41,484 bases of DNA, taken from positions 1 through 41,484 of IMG/VR virus record IMGVR_UViG_3300026541_000016; one strand, written 5' to 3'. Both the position numbers and the translations under genes were made by a program. Each line of letters starts with the position of its first letter. Positions within the stretch are counted from its first letter, which is position 1. A model generated the notes under the pieces. It was not told the DNA's origin and ran no database searches. It worked only from the letters and a program-made list of their open reading frames with translations. This document shows positions 8,863 to 17,123 of this stretch, in pieces. The stretch comes from a virus. Its lineage: Duplodnaviria > Caudoviricetes.

Positions 8863-9632
8863 TTTCTTTTGCCCTCAAGCTCTTTGACTGCGCGGTCGTA
8901 CTTAAAGATTGGCAGGTCTTCTAGTTTTCCAATTTTCAAGAATTTTAGGAATCCTTCCTTATTGACCCTTTCTCCTAACTCATCAAGCAAGGCAGCAAGG
9001 TTAGCGGCTTGGTCTTTCGTTATCGTTGGCACAGGGGGGTTGCCATCATTATCGGTATCGGCAGAGGATAATCCAAGCGCTGAAATTAGTGTGTATCTTT
9101 GTAAATACGTAACTGTGGAGCCTCTTGCCTGAATTGGATTTTTGCTACCTGTATCATCTATCCCGCCAGGCAGATAGGTGCGCTCACTATGCCCATTAAC
9201 GTGCGTTACAATACAAGTAATTTTAATTAAATTATCTAATTCCTCCTGCTCCCACCGGAACGACAATCCGCATTGTTTTAGCGACGACTTTATTTGGGAT
9301 ATAATACTAGGAAGCGTGGCGTACCAATATTCTGTTGTTCCTTTGCTTGTTTGGTAGCTAACTTTTTTTGTTTTTTTAAGCTCAGGACAAATAGACTGGA
9401 ATTCTGTCAATGCCTCAAAAAAAGCTGACTTTGCTTGCTTTGCCTCCCATCGCTCTTGTAGTTCCATTAAGCGTTCCAACTTTTCAATATCCAGATCTTT
9501 GGATATTGCGAGGGCCAATAGTTGCGCAGGCGTTTGTGTCGCAGGTAAAAAAGTAGTATCCAACTCACTCGCTTGAGGGTCAGGCAGTGTGATTGGTAAC
9601 CCAGATTGTTCACTCATTTCCTTTCTCCACAT
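8856..9632 (-). CDS. erf: ERF family single-strand annealing protein
   Basis: YATL, HVNGH, QARGSTVTYLQRYTL..ALGL...DNDG; probable start MSEQ at 9617. Confidence 0.92.
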   Translation of the reverse strand: MWRKEMSEQSGLPITLPDPQASELDTTFLPATQTPAQLLALAISKDLDIEKLERLMELQERWEAKQAKSAFFEALTEFQSICPELKKTKKVSYQTSKGTTEYWYATLPSIISQIKSSLKQCGLSFRWEQEELDNLIKITCIVTHVNGHSERTYLPGGIDDTGSKNPIQARGSTVTYLQRYTLISALGLSSADTDNDGNPPVPTITKDQAANLAALLDELGERVNKEGFLKFLKIGKLEDLPIFKYDRAVKELEGKRKC

Positions 9633-10178
9633 CTTCAGTTGCTTGCTCTCCCGCCAAAAACATCATTCGAATGTACAGTTGACGGCCAAGTTCAGTAAAA
9701 TCTTCAGTTCTAAATGCCTTGACAAAGTTTTCTTTATAGTCCCACGGTTCAAAATCCATCACGTTATCGTGAATCAATGTAACAGGATCGGCTAATAATT
9801 CAGCCACTCGCTGTTCGATATCAGCTTGATACTTGTCACATTCAATATCATGTTCCTCTTGCTCCCGGAGGTGATTGGGTGTTGCCATGGGTTTATTCAT
9901 GATTGTTTCCTGTTTCTTTAGTATGCATGGTCATTTTTCCGTCTATGCTGAATAGGCTCATAAGTGATCATTTGTTTTACAGCAAACACACATGGACATT
10001 CTGGACATGAGATGTGCCCAATTGCATCACCGTTATCATGAATATGCAAAACTAATATTTCATCCATATCTGATTGACGAATTCTATGATCACAGTTAGG
10101 ACAGTTCATAGCCGTTATCGTTAAGCACTCTTTCAATGAGTCTAGCCGCATGGGTATACGCATAAATTTTCCCGGCAT
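9610..10178 (-). CDS. Two small hypothetical genes (9610-9900; zinc ribbon within 9918-10178)
   Basis: Packed ORFs; CPNC...CPEC in the second. Confidence 0.5.
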
Positions 10179-10258
10179 AATTATCCCATCGGAACGCCTT
10201 GAGATCCTCCCAACTTTCTGCTTCTTCCAGCATTAAGTTATACAAATCTGCCAGTCTA

Positions 10259-10489
10259 TTAGCTTCTGCTTGGTTCATATCTAATGTTCCATTTTTGGAT
10301 AGCAATCTTTTTTCTTTTTTCAATTTCATGGACAGCATAATCTTCAACTAAGATAGAAGCGCCACAAAAACAACGCACACCAATTTTGTCGGATGATTCA
10401 CCATGCCCCACAATCTTTCTGTCTCCATGAAATAATTTCGGCTTCGCTCCGCAAAACGGACAAGGCAATAATTCATCTGTATCGTTCAT
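10259..10489 (-). CDS. Lar-family restriction alleviation-like protein
   Basis: LLPCPFCG...V.C.CG.....AI..WN.R. Confidence 0.75.
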   Translation of the reverse strand: MNDTDELLPCPFCGAKPKLFHGDRKIVGHGESSDKIGVRCFCGASILVEDYAVHEIEKRKKIAIQKWNIRYEPSRS

Positions 10490-11508
10490 TTCTTTGGATC
10501 TCCTTTTGCTTCATTCAACATATCAGCCAAGCTTCTTTCAATCTGATATCGCAATGCAGGCAATCTGCCTATTTTAATCAGTTCACGTGTTAGGCAATTG
10601 GGGCGTCTAGGTTCTGGCCTGCGTCGTTCGGGGAAGGGAATGACTTTATTCATTGCTATCTTCCTTAGAAACGTGTTCGTTTTTATCTAATTGGCTTCGT
10701 TCAAATGCTCTTAACATTTCATCTGCTGACACATCGTCCATTCCACGATCTAAACCTGCTGCGCAAATACAAGGGATACAGTTTTTCTGGATACCGCTAT
10801 AACGCTCATACCCTAAATGTCCATTGCGGTTCACTGCAATGTGCCAAATCAATTCTAGTGCCGCACGCATTTTGCGTTCAGATTCAGTCATTTCACACAC
10901 TTCGGGCATTTCACTTCGTTGATAACGCGCCAGCCTTTTTCGCGTGCCATTTTTGCTAAAATGGCTCCTAACTCATGGTCATAGCGATTTTTTACAGAGA
11001 GACTGTTCCCGCACTTGCACTCAAGTACTCTGACAGCTTCCGACATCTCTTCCAATTGTTGTTCAACTCCCATCCTTCAATTCCTCTGGATCGTCTTTAC
11101 CGTAGAGGGCGGTACGAAGGTCATCCCACATATGGTTGTTTTGCCATGCATAAGCTCTATCTTTATACAACGCCTTAGCGGCTTGTTCTATTTGTTCAAG
11201 ATGGTTTACATACTCGTCACGGGCATCCCAGACATATGCACATGCTAGATAATCTAGTCGGTCTCCTGGGCTATCGACTGTTTTGAACCACTCTTCAAAT
11301 GGTTGTGGTTTCATGACTTCTTAATATTCCCTAAACTATTCTCTATAATCAGTACAAGCGCCTCCTTGCACACGCCGCCGTTATTGGATTCATCCGTAGG
11401 CTTCCCGCCTTTAAATTCAATACGCTGACATGGGTTATTAGAAATATCGCCTGCCTTAAAAATATCTTCTGCAATTTTTTCAGCAAGACTAAATGTTTGT
11501 GGTTTCAT
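10486..11508 (-). CDS. Five small hypothetical genes (10486-10653, 10646-10909, 10888-11073, 11063-11314, 11311-11508)
   Basis: Overlapping start/stop packing; 10888-11073 has CKC...CPKC. Confidence 0.55.
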
Positions 11509-11566
11509 ACCGTCACCGGCTCCTTAATTAACCGCTTATGGCTTGGCGGAGGTTCATGGGGTTATC

Positions 11567-11842
11567 TCATAACTTAGCTAAGGCATTAGCGGCGGCACCT
11601 AACCCATTGTCTCTGTCATATTTGCCTGGCCATAATTCATCACTATCAAGATCGATTTTCATCACCCTACCTTTTAAATAATCAAAATAGGTCTGTCCTT
11701 TGTCTAAAAATTCTTGTGCTTCTTCGATAGTCATGGGCTTAAGAGCATAGTGAAGATGCCCTAAACCTTGCGGCTTGGTATTGTTGTAGAGCGCTGCTAA
11801 TACTTCCGCTTTATTCATGTTTGAAATATTAATAGTTTCCAT
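11567..11842 (-). CDS. Phage protein of unknown function
   Basis: KAEVLAALYN...QG.G...FDYL.GRVMK.D...YDRDNG.GAA; strong SD. Confidence 0.7.
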   Translation of the reverse strand: METINISNMNKAEVLAALYNNTKPQGLGHLHYALKPMTIEEAQEFLDKGQTYFDYLKGRVMKIDLDSDELWPGKYDRDNGLGAAANALAKL

Positions 11843-11851
11843 ATCTCTCTC

Positions 11852-12067
11852 CTATAAGGTGGCTTTTAATCTTTCTAGCTCTTCTTGATATTGCTTGAGA
11901 ACTTGTTTCAACGGACGCTGCATGGCTCCCACTAATTGCTCTCCATCTTTCCATACAGCATATAAAGTTATACCTTCCATTGCCCCCTCCAAAAATCCAA
12001 TACGGTGCAGTAAATGTTCCCTGTCTGTTTTGTCAGTCCAAAAAGGGTCTCGTCCTATCCCGCTCAT
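11852..12067 (-). CDS. Hypothetical protein
   Basis: SD ATAGGAG. Confidence 0.6.
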   Translation of the reverse strand: MSGIGRDPFWTDKTDREHLLHRIGFLEGAMEGITLYAVWKDGEQLVGAMQRPLKQVLKQYQEELERLKATL

Positions 12068-12087
12068 CTCTTTCTCCTATAAAGGGC

Positions 12088-12197
12088 GGCTACAGGCCAG
12101 GCGTTACTCTGGCTACACGGTTGACATCTCAGAACCGTACCACTTTATTAGCGGGTGTCTATTAAGCCGAACATCCCGGCTCCACACCGCTGTAGCC
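12088..12197 (-). ncRNA. Putative multi-branched structured RNA (110 nt)
   Basis: Closing stem GGCUACAG/CUGUAGCC around GGUGU/ACACC (capped by GCCGGG/UUCGGC), ACGGUU/AACCGU and GCCAG/CUGGC. Confidence 0.6.
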
Positions 12198-12219
12198 ATA
12201 AAAGGGTGGCCGCTGGTTG

Positions 12220-12411
12220 CTATCCAATTGATTTACTGGCCGCAACAGCAGCAGCAGGGCCAACAGCGCTGCGTTTTTCTGCCATAATCTTTGAATAATA
12301 GTCGCCCGTGTCTCCCTGAAATAAAGGTTCGCCCACTGGGGCACCTCTCCACAGACTTAACAACTGTTCGTAGCTTGCGTTGTCGATCCAATCTTTTTGC
12401 GATTCATTCAT
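12220..12411 (-). CDS. Hypothetical protein, 63 aa
   Basis: Start MNESQ after AGGAGG; flanked by a 21 bp direct repeat. Confidence 0.65.
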   Translation of the reverse strand: MNESQKDWIDNASYEQLLSLWRGAPVGEPLFQGDTGDYYSKIMAEKRSAVGPAAAVAASKSIG

Positions 12412-12430
12412 TGAAATTCCTCCTATAGGG

Positions 12431-12495
12431 TGGCCGCTGGTTGCTATGGGTCGGAGAACAGCATTGCCCATAAACTGTAGTGCAACCAGCAGCCA
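12431..12495 (-). promoter_or_regulatory. Long bulged hairpin 5' of an RBS (RNase III-like site)
   Basis: 14 bp UGGCUGCUGGUUGC/GCAACCAGCGGCCA plus UAUGGG/CCCAUA. Confidence 0.55.
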
Positions 12496-12504
12496 TTGTG
12501 GTGT

Positions 12505-12627
12505 TCACTGGGGTGACTTCCTATTTTTTATGACCTCTTTAACTGCTTTTCTAATTTTCCACAGAGGAATGCTTCCTTTTTTAGCCGGGCGGCGTATTTT
12601 CCTTGTGGGGGGAGTTTTGGTGTTCAT
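12505..12627 (-). CDS. 40 aa basic peptide, first PL gene, apparently leaderless (absent from the ORF track)
   Basis: MNTKTPPTRKIRRPAKKGSIPLWKIRKAVKEVIKNRKSPQ; ATG starts 7 nt after the PL -10. Confidence 0.5.
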   Translation of the reverse strand: MNTKTPPTRKIRRPAKKGSIPLWKIRKAVKEVIKNRKSPQ

Positions 12628-12633
12628 GGGGAT

Positions 12634-12662
12634 AGTATGGGAAATAAAGTCCTATTTGTCAA
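12634..12662 (-). promoter_or_regulatory. PL promoter with operator
   Basis: TTGACA-N17-CATACT; operator ATAGGA-N7-TCCCAT at 12637-12655; degenerate copies extend to about 12700. Confidence 0.85.
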
Positions 12663-12735
12663 GAATTATTTTCCTATTTGGACGAAAATAAATCCCAATT
12701 ATGTGATAGGCGTCAAAGAATATATGGCGTGAGGG

Positions 12736-13107
12736 CTATTTAGAAGACTTCTCAGCCCGTTTAGCTAAAAGGGCTAATGCATATAACTCAATATGGTCTA
12801 TGTCCTCAGCAGACAAGTCGTTCATGATGAGGGCGATATCAATAGGGCGCTGCTTGAGTTTTTCCAACTCAGCGTGACCATAAAGTAAATAGGCCGGAGT
12901 TTGATCCAAAACCTTGGCCAAAATACTGATTCTCCGTGGTTGTTGTGTGAGTCCGTTTTCGATTTTTCGAATCGCGTCTACAGTATAGCCAGTTTTTTCA
13001 GCGAGATCTTCTCGGCTCATTTCTCCTCTTTGTCCGGACCCTGTTAAGGCTTTTCTGCATGATTTAACGCGCTGGCCTAGCCCCGTAAGTGATTGTTTTT
13101 TATCCAT
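12736..13107 (-). CDS. CI-like Xre HTH repressor lacking a peptidase domain
   Basis: MSREDLAEKTGYTVDAIRKIENG...LAKVL...PAYLLYG; lies between PL and PR. Confidence 0.88.
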   Translation of the reverse strand: MDKKQSLTGLGQRVKSCRKALTGSGQRGEMSREDLAEKTGYTVDAIRKIENGLTQQPRRISILAKVLDQTPAYLLYGHAELEKLKQRPIDIALIMNDLSAEDIDHIELYALALLAKRAEKSSK

Positions 13108-13183
13108 TGTCTTAATAAATTTAAGGGTTTAATCGTGGAAAATAGTATAGGTATTTTTTTTCTTGTTCAACGGAACAATTTTA

Positions 13184-13212
13184 TTGACAAATAGGATTAT
13201 ATTTCCCATAAT
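13184..13212 (+). promoter_or_regulatory. PR promoter with operator
   Basis: TTGACA-N17-CATAAT; same ATAGGA-N7-TCCCAT operator as PL. Confidence 0.85.
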
Positions 13213-13219
13213 ATACGTG

Positions 13220-13453
13220 ATGCGTAAGAATCGTAAATTTGCAGCAATCAACGCCATTAACGCGGCCGGCGGAGCCACTGTATTGGCTGGCGAACTCAAT
13301 GAGTTGCTTGACCCGGAAACCCCTATTAAAGCGACGCGGGTACAGAAATGGAAAGTCACTGGGATTCCTCCGCATTTTGTTATCCCTGTCGAAAAAATTA
13401 CGCAAGTGTCACGGCATAAACTTCATCCAGAGCTTTACCCGGACGCCGCATGA
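13220..13453 (+). CDS. Cro/YdaS-like regulator
   Basis: AI..AGG...LA......V.KW...GIP......EK...V....L.P.LY; start placed downstream of PR. Confidence 0.85.
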   Translation: MRKNRKFAAINAINAAGGATVLAGELNELLDPETPIKATRVQKWKVTGIPPHFVIPVEKITQVSRHKLHPELYPDAA

Positions 13454-13462
13454 TTCTATACC

Positions 13463-13541
13463 CCCATAGGCACCCCCCACGGGCCTATGGGTTTTGTCCT
13501 CGTCGCATCACACCCCCCAAGGTAGCGGCGAGGACCTTTTT
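13463..13541 (+). terminator. Two hairpins after cro; the second is a tR1-like intrinsic terminator
   Basis: CCCATAGGC/GCCTATGGG; GTCCTCGTCGC/GCGGCGAGGAC followed by a T run. Confidence 0.65.
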
Positions 13542-13665
13542 AATTCAAACAATTATCTAAGGTAAGACATACCTATGCACTCAGTTTTTTTACGTCTGGA
13601 TTATTTGCTCTTGTCTTCAATTGTTTTTTATCGGTTGCTCTTGTGTCCTCTTGGGTTGAATAAGA

Positions 13666-13938
13666 ATGAATGATTCAATCCACTCACGCCGTGTCAACTT
13701 AGATCTCAAACACAAAGATATTGCTGAGCGCATGAGTGAGTTTTTAGGCGAGAGAGTCAGTCATGAATCAGTCCAAAGTTATTTTAGTGGCAAAGGTGTC
13801 CCGATAGAAAAAATTCTCGCACTTCTTCATGCGCTGGAATGGAAACAAGTGGGTGTTGATGAAATCTGTTTGCCACTTGACAGACACCAAGCCCTTGTCT
13901 TGTTAGCCGCGGACGGGATAAATTCACATAAGCGATAG
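13666..13938 (+). CDS. CII-like HTH regulator
   Basis: HTH-like KHKDIAERMS...VS.ESV; position after cro. Confidence 0.6.
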   Translation: MNDSIHSRRVNLDLKHKDIAERMSEFLGERVSHESVQSYFSGKGVPIEKILALLHALEWKQVGVDEICLPLDRHQALVLLAADGINSHKR

Positions 13939-13948
13939 AGGCCAACAA

Positions 13949-14365
13949 ATGTTAGACATGATTCCAGAACAACATCGATATTCTGATTGTCCTCTCTGCT
14001 ATCAATCACTAAGTGACTGGCAACGAGATTTCGTTAAAGAAAAGGTGAACCGTATGAATCGACGAGAGAATGGACGTATTAAGTCATATCAACACTGTGG
14101 GCGGCTAGAGGCGTTTATTGCAGTCGCCCTAATCGGTCTGTTTGTCTGGATGGTAGTAAGTTCCCTGTGGATACTTATTGCCGTAATCTTGGCCATTTAT
14201 TTTGGTCTTCCCATGATTAAGGAGCAAAGCAAAATGAAAGATGTAATCTTAAGAATTACGGGTATCCGTATTATCAACATGAAGCTATCTGCATTGGCAG
14301 AATATTTAAAAATCCGCTTTATTCACGTTCCAGAACATTACAAATGCGAAGAAATTAACAAATGA
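13949..14365 (+). CDS. Hypothetical membrane protein
   Basis: Hydrophobic hairpin; CPLC. Confidence 0.5.
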   Translation: MLDMIPEQHRYSDCPLCYQSLSDWQRDFVKEKVNRMNRRENGRIKSYQHCGRLEAFIAVALIGLFVWMVVSSLWILIAVILAIYFGLPMIKEQSKMKDVILRITGIRIINMKLSALAEYLKIRFIHVPEHYKCEEINK

Positions 14366-14369
14366 TTAA

Positions 14370-14438
14370 TGGCTACAGGTTGTAATTTAGTATGTTCTTA
14401 TTATCGTCATATATTTTCATACGCATGACCTGTAGCCA
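14370..14438 (+). promoter_or_regulatory. Long bulged hairpin 5' of an RBS
   Basis: UGGCUACAGGUUGU/AUGACCUGUAGCCA plus GUAUG/CAUAC, then CCCCAUAGGAGG. Confidence 0.55.
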
Positions 14439-14458
14439 CCCCATAGGAGGGTAGAGGT

Positions 14459-14773
14459 ATGACTGACCTTGAACTCATCAAAAAGTGTGCGGATAGGATG
14501 GGGCTTGATGTGGTACTAGTATCACATAAGACGGATGACCATGGGAAGCAGGGTAGTTATGTCTCCCATGCCGGCGAATACGACCCCCTGCATGACGATG
14601 CCCAAGCCATGGAATTGGTGAAAAAGTTTAAGGTATGTCTAGTTTATGCTGAGGACGAAGAACATGAAATAGGGCCCATTTGGCAAGCAGATATTGACGA
14701 CGAAAAGTATTTAACCACATCAGATAATCTAAACCGCGCTATCTGTGAATGTGTCGCTAAATTAGAGAAATGA
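14459..14773 (+). CDS. NinX/DUF2591-like phage protein
   Basis: YDPL.DDAQAM.LV.K...NL.RAIC.C. Confidence 0.6.
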   Translation: MTDLELIKKCADRMGLDVVLVSHKTDDHGKQGSYVSHAGEYDPLHDDAQAMELVKKFKVCLVYAEDEEHEIGPIWQADIDDEKYLTTSDNLNRAICECVAKLEK

Positions 14774-15167
14774 AATACACCCTATTCCCTAACCGCGTCT
14801 GGGAGCCCACTGAAAACGGGTGGGCTTCACGGGAGGCGACAGCGAGTGACCAGAAACGTCGAGGTTATGTGGAAAAATTTATCATGGGAGAGATTGATAG
14901 TAAAACCATGAACGAGCAGATTAAGGAAATGGTGTAGTGGAATTATACGAGAAATGCAGATGTGGGGCTGAGTTTAAGATGGTTGATGAAGTTGGCCTGT
15001 ACATTGGCAATGGCGGTAAGCTAGACAGTAATGGCGATAAATACATCATTCAGCGCGAACTACGGATATTTCGCGAATTGCATAAGAATTGCCTTGAGCC
15101 TAATGAGCATACGATTACCGTTGGAGGGGTGAAATTTAAGAGGCCAGAAAGTGACGCCACAAGCTAA
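14770..15167 (+). CDS. Two small hypothetical genes (14770-14937; 14937-15167)
   Basis: ATGA and TAGTG couplings. Confidence 0.55.
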
Positions 15168-15220
15168 ATTAGAAAATGGCCATGGGTAGTGGAATTAGTA
15201 AAAGGCTGAATTTGTGAATA

Positions 15221-15973
15221 ATGACACCGGGTCCTCAATTAGAGAATGGGTATACAAGGATCGCAAATGAATTATTGGAAGAAGTTACTAAATTCGATTT
15301 TTCAAAGCGGGAACTAAAAATTGTATTAGCAGTGATAAGACTAACATATGGGTTTAACAAGAAATTTGATGACATGAGTTTATCGCAATTAGAGACGAGA
15401 ACAGGCATTAAACGCACCCATCTTTGTAATGCAATCAACAACTTAGTCTCAATGAGGGTGTTACTGAAACAGTCACACGTGTTACCAAAACAGTCACACG
15501 TGCATGGGCAAGTTATTGGTTTAAATAAGAAATATCAAGAATGGGAGGTGTGGCCAAAACGGTCACTGTTACCAAAACAGTCACAGAGGTGTGACCAAAA
15601 CGGTAATAAAGGTGTGACCAAAACGGTCAATACAAAAGACAAATATAAAAACAAATATAAAGACAGAGAGATACAGCCGGTAAAACCGGCCTTCCCCCCA
15701 TGTCCTTATCAAGCTATTGAAGACCTATACCACGAAAAGCTGCCAGAGCTAGCAGCAAACTCTGACCTTGATGGGATAAAAGTACAAATAAATGCTCGCT
15801 GGAAGAAAATTCCAGAATTGAGTTTGTGGGGGCAATATTTTAACAAAGTACGTGAAAGCCAATTTCTTATGGGGAATATATCTAGTTCTAACAGAAAACC
15901 CTTCAAGACAAGTTTGAGGTGGTTAGTTGATCGATCGAATTTTGCAAAAGTGTTGGAAGGGTATTATGAATAA
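15221..15973 (+). CDS. Lambda O-like replication initiator
   Basis: ENGYTRIANELLE, R.TYGFNKK.D, NK.Y.EW; internal iterons; C-terminal WL....NF.KVLEG.Y. Confidence 0.9.
   Translation: MTPGPQLENGYTRIANELLEEVTKFDFSKRELKIVLAVIRLTYGFNKKFDDMSLSQLETRTGIKRTHLCNAINNLVSMRVLLKQSHVLPKQSHVHGQVIGLNKKYQEWEVWPKRSLLPKQSQRCDQNGNKGVTKTVNTKDKYKNKYKDREIQPVKPAFPPCPYQAIEDLYHEKLPELAANSDLDGIKVQINARWKKIPELSLWGQYFNKVRESQFLMGNISSSNRKPFKTSLRWLVDRSNFAKVLEGYYE
15460..15665. repeat. Replication origin: six 17 bp palindromic iterons plus an A-rich tract
   Basis: GT(G/T)ACCAAAAC(A/G)GTCAC-like copies at 15460, 15481, 15550, 15568, 15591, 15614; then ACAAATATAAA twice. Confidence 0.88.
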
Positions 15974-16466
15974 ATGTCCTGAATGCAAAACCGTTTTGCT
16001 CCCTGGTACAAAAAAATGTACAGAATGCGGTTGGGATAAAGATAAAAATATTAACAAGTCGAATTCTTACCCGACCTTAAACGATTTCAAGCTGGTCCTT
16101 GAAAAGTTATTGGAAAATAGCAAAGCTGATTTCACTGCCGACTGGTTTTTAAAATTAATTCAACCTCCACAGCCTGAAGAAGCTCCAAGTACCGTAAAAG
16201 ACAATCGGTGGATCTGGCCATATGAAACTCGGGTAATTGTTTTATTCAAAACATACATGAACTGCGATGAAGAATTTAAACGTTTTATTATTGCTGCACG
16301 AGAAGACAACATTTACTGGAGAGGGGATGAACCGGAATTTTTCTATCGTGTAGTTAAGGAACACGAACGCATGATAGCAATGAGCGTAGAAAAATACCGG
16401 CAGGAAGCGCTTGGAAAAAAGAAACAGATAATAGATAAATTCAACGCAACAGGCACGGAGGGTTAA
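15966..16466 (+). CDS. Zinc-ribbon protein in the P/helicase-loader position
   Basis: CPEC...CTECG at the N-terminus; overlaps the end of the initiator gene. Confidence 0.55.
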   Translation: MNKCPECKTVLLPGTKKCTECGWDKDKNINKSNSYPTLNDFKLVLEKLLENSKADFTADWFLKLIQPPQPEEAPSTVKDNRWIWPYETRVIVLFKTYMNCDEEFKRFIIAAREDNIYWRGDEPEFFYRVVKEHERMIAMSVEKYRQEALGKKKQIIDKFNATGTEG

Positions 16467-16468
16467 CA

Positions 16469-17120
16469 ATGATTGAACAACGCTGGAAGCCAACCTATGG
16501 AGATATTTTACAAGCCGTTGCGCGAGGATGGTGCCATGAAACAACTTCTAAAAAAATAGTTGATCCAATCTTGGGTGAAGCTATAGCAAAGGAAATATGC
16601 AAGTTGATAGACATCCCTATGGCAGATGAAGATGAGTAAAGTAACAAAACTCCATGATAATTATTATGCAGCCTGTGAATGTAGAAGTATGACATTTCAT
16701 TTAAGAGTTGATGATATTGCAGACCGATGGAATACGATAATAGGGACAGAATGTGCCGAGTGCGGCCTTCAAAAAGAGTGGATACGTGTAGATAGGGTAG
16801 ATGAAGATGATTAACACAGAAAACTACACATTAGAGCCAAGTCATATACCGGAAAATCATAAAACTATTTATGATTCTTATGGATTTTGTCTTTACAAAA
16901 ATGACGGAGCGGGACCGCTTTATATTAGCCATGCAGGGCTAGACACGCTCTTGGATAAATATTTTAAGGAGCATTTTTGATGATTAACACAAAACTGAGA
17001 CGTATTTTAACGGTTGTTATAGTTTTAGGTGGCGGGATCGTAGTATACATATATTTGAAATACGTCTTAGAACCTTGGTTCATAACAACTATGTGTGAAC
17101 ATCTTGTTAAGTGCGATTAA
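16469..17120 (+). CDS. Four small genes (16469-16639, 16632-16814, 16807-16980, 16980-17120)
   Basis: Hand-translated coupled ORFs of 46-60 aa; the last has one TM segment. Confidence 0.6.
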
Positions 17121-17123
17121 CAC

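Noticed and set aside
12088-12197. TPP riboswitch or tRNA
   Set aside because: CUGAGA is present, but the CCUGAU/P4-P5 context and a tRNA T-loop are missing
13163-13219. N-terminal extension of Cro in the ORF track
   Set aside because: It spans the PR promoter itself
15460-15630. CRISPR-like array
   Set aside because: Spacers are irregular and mostly 1-6 bp, the repeats lie inside the initiator gene, and there are no cas genes; these are iterons
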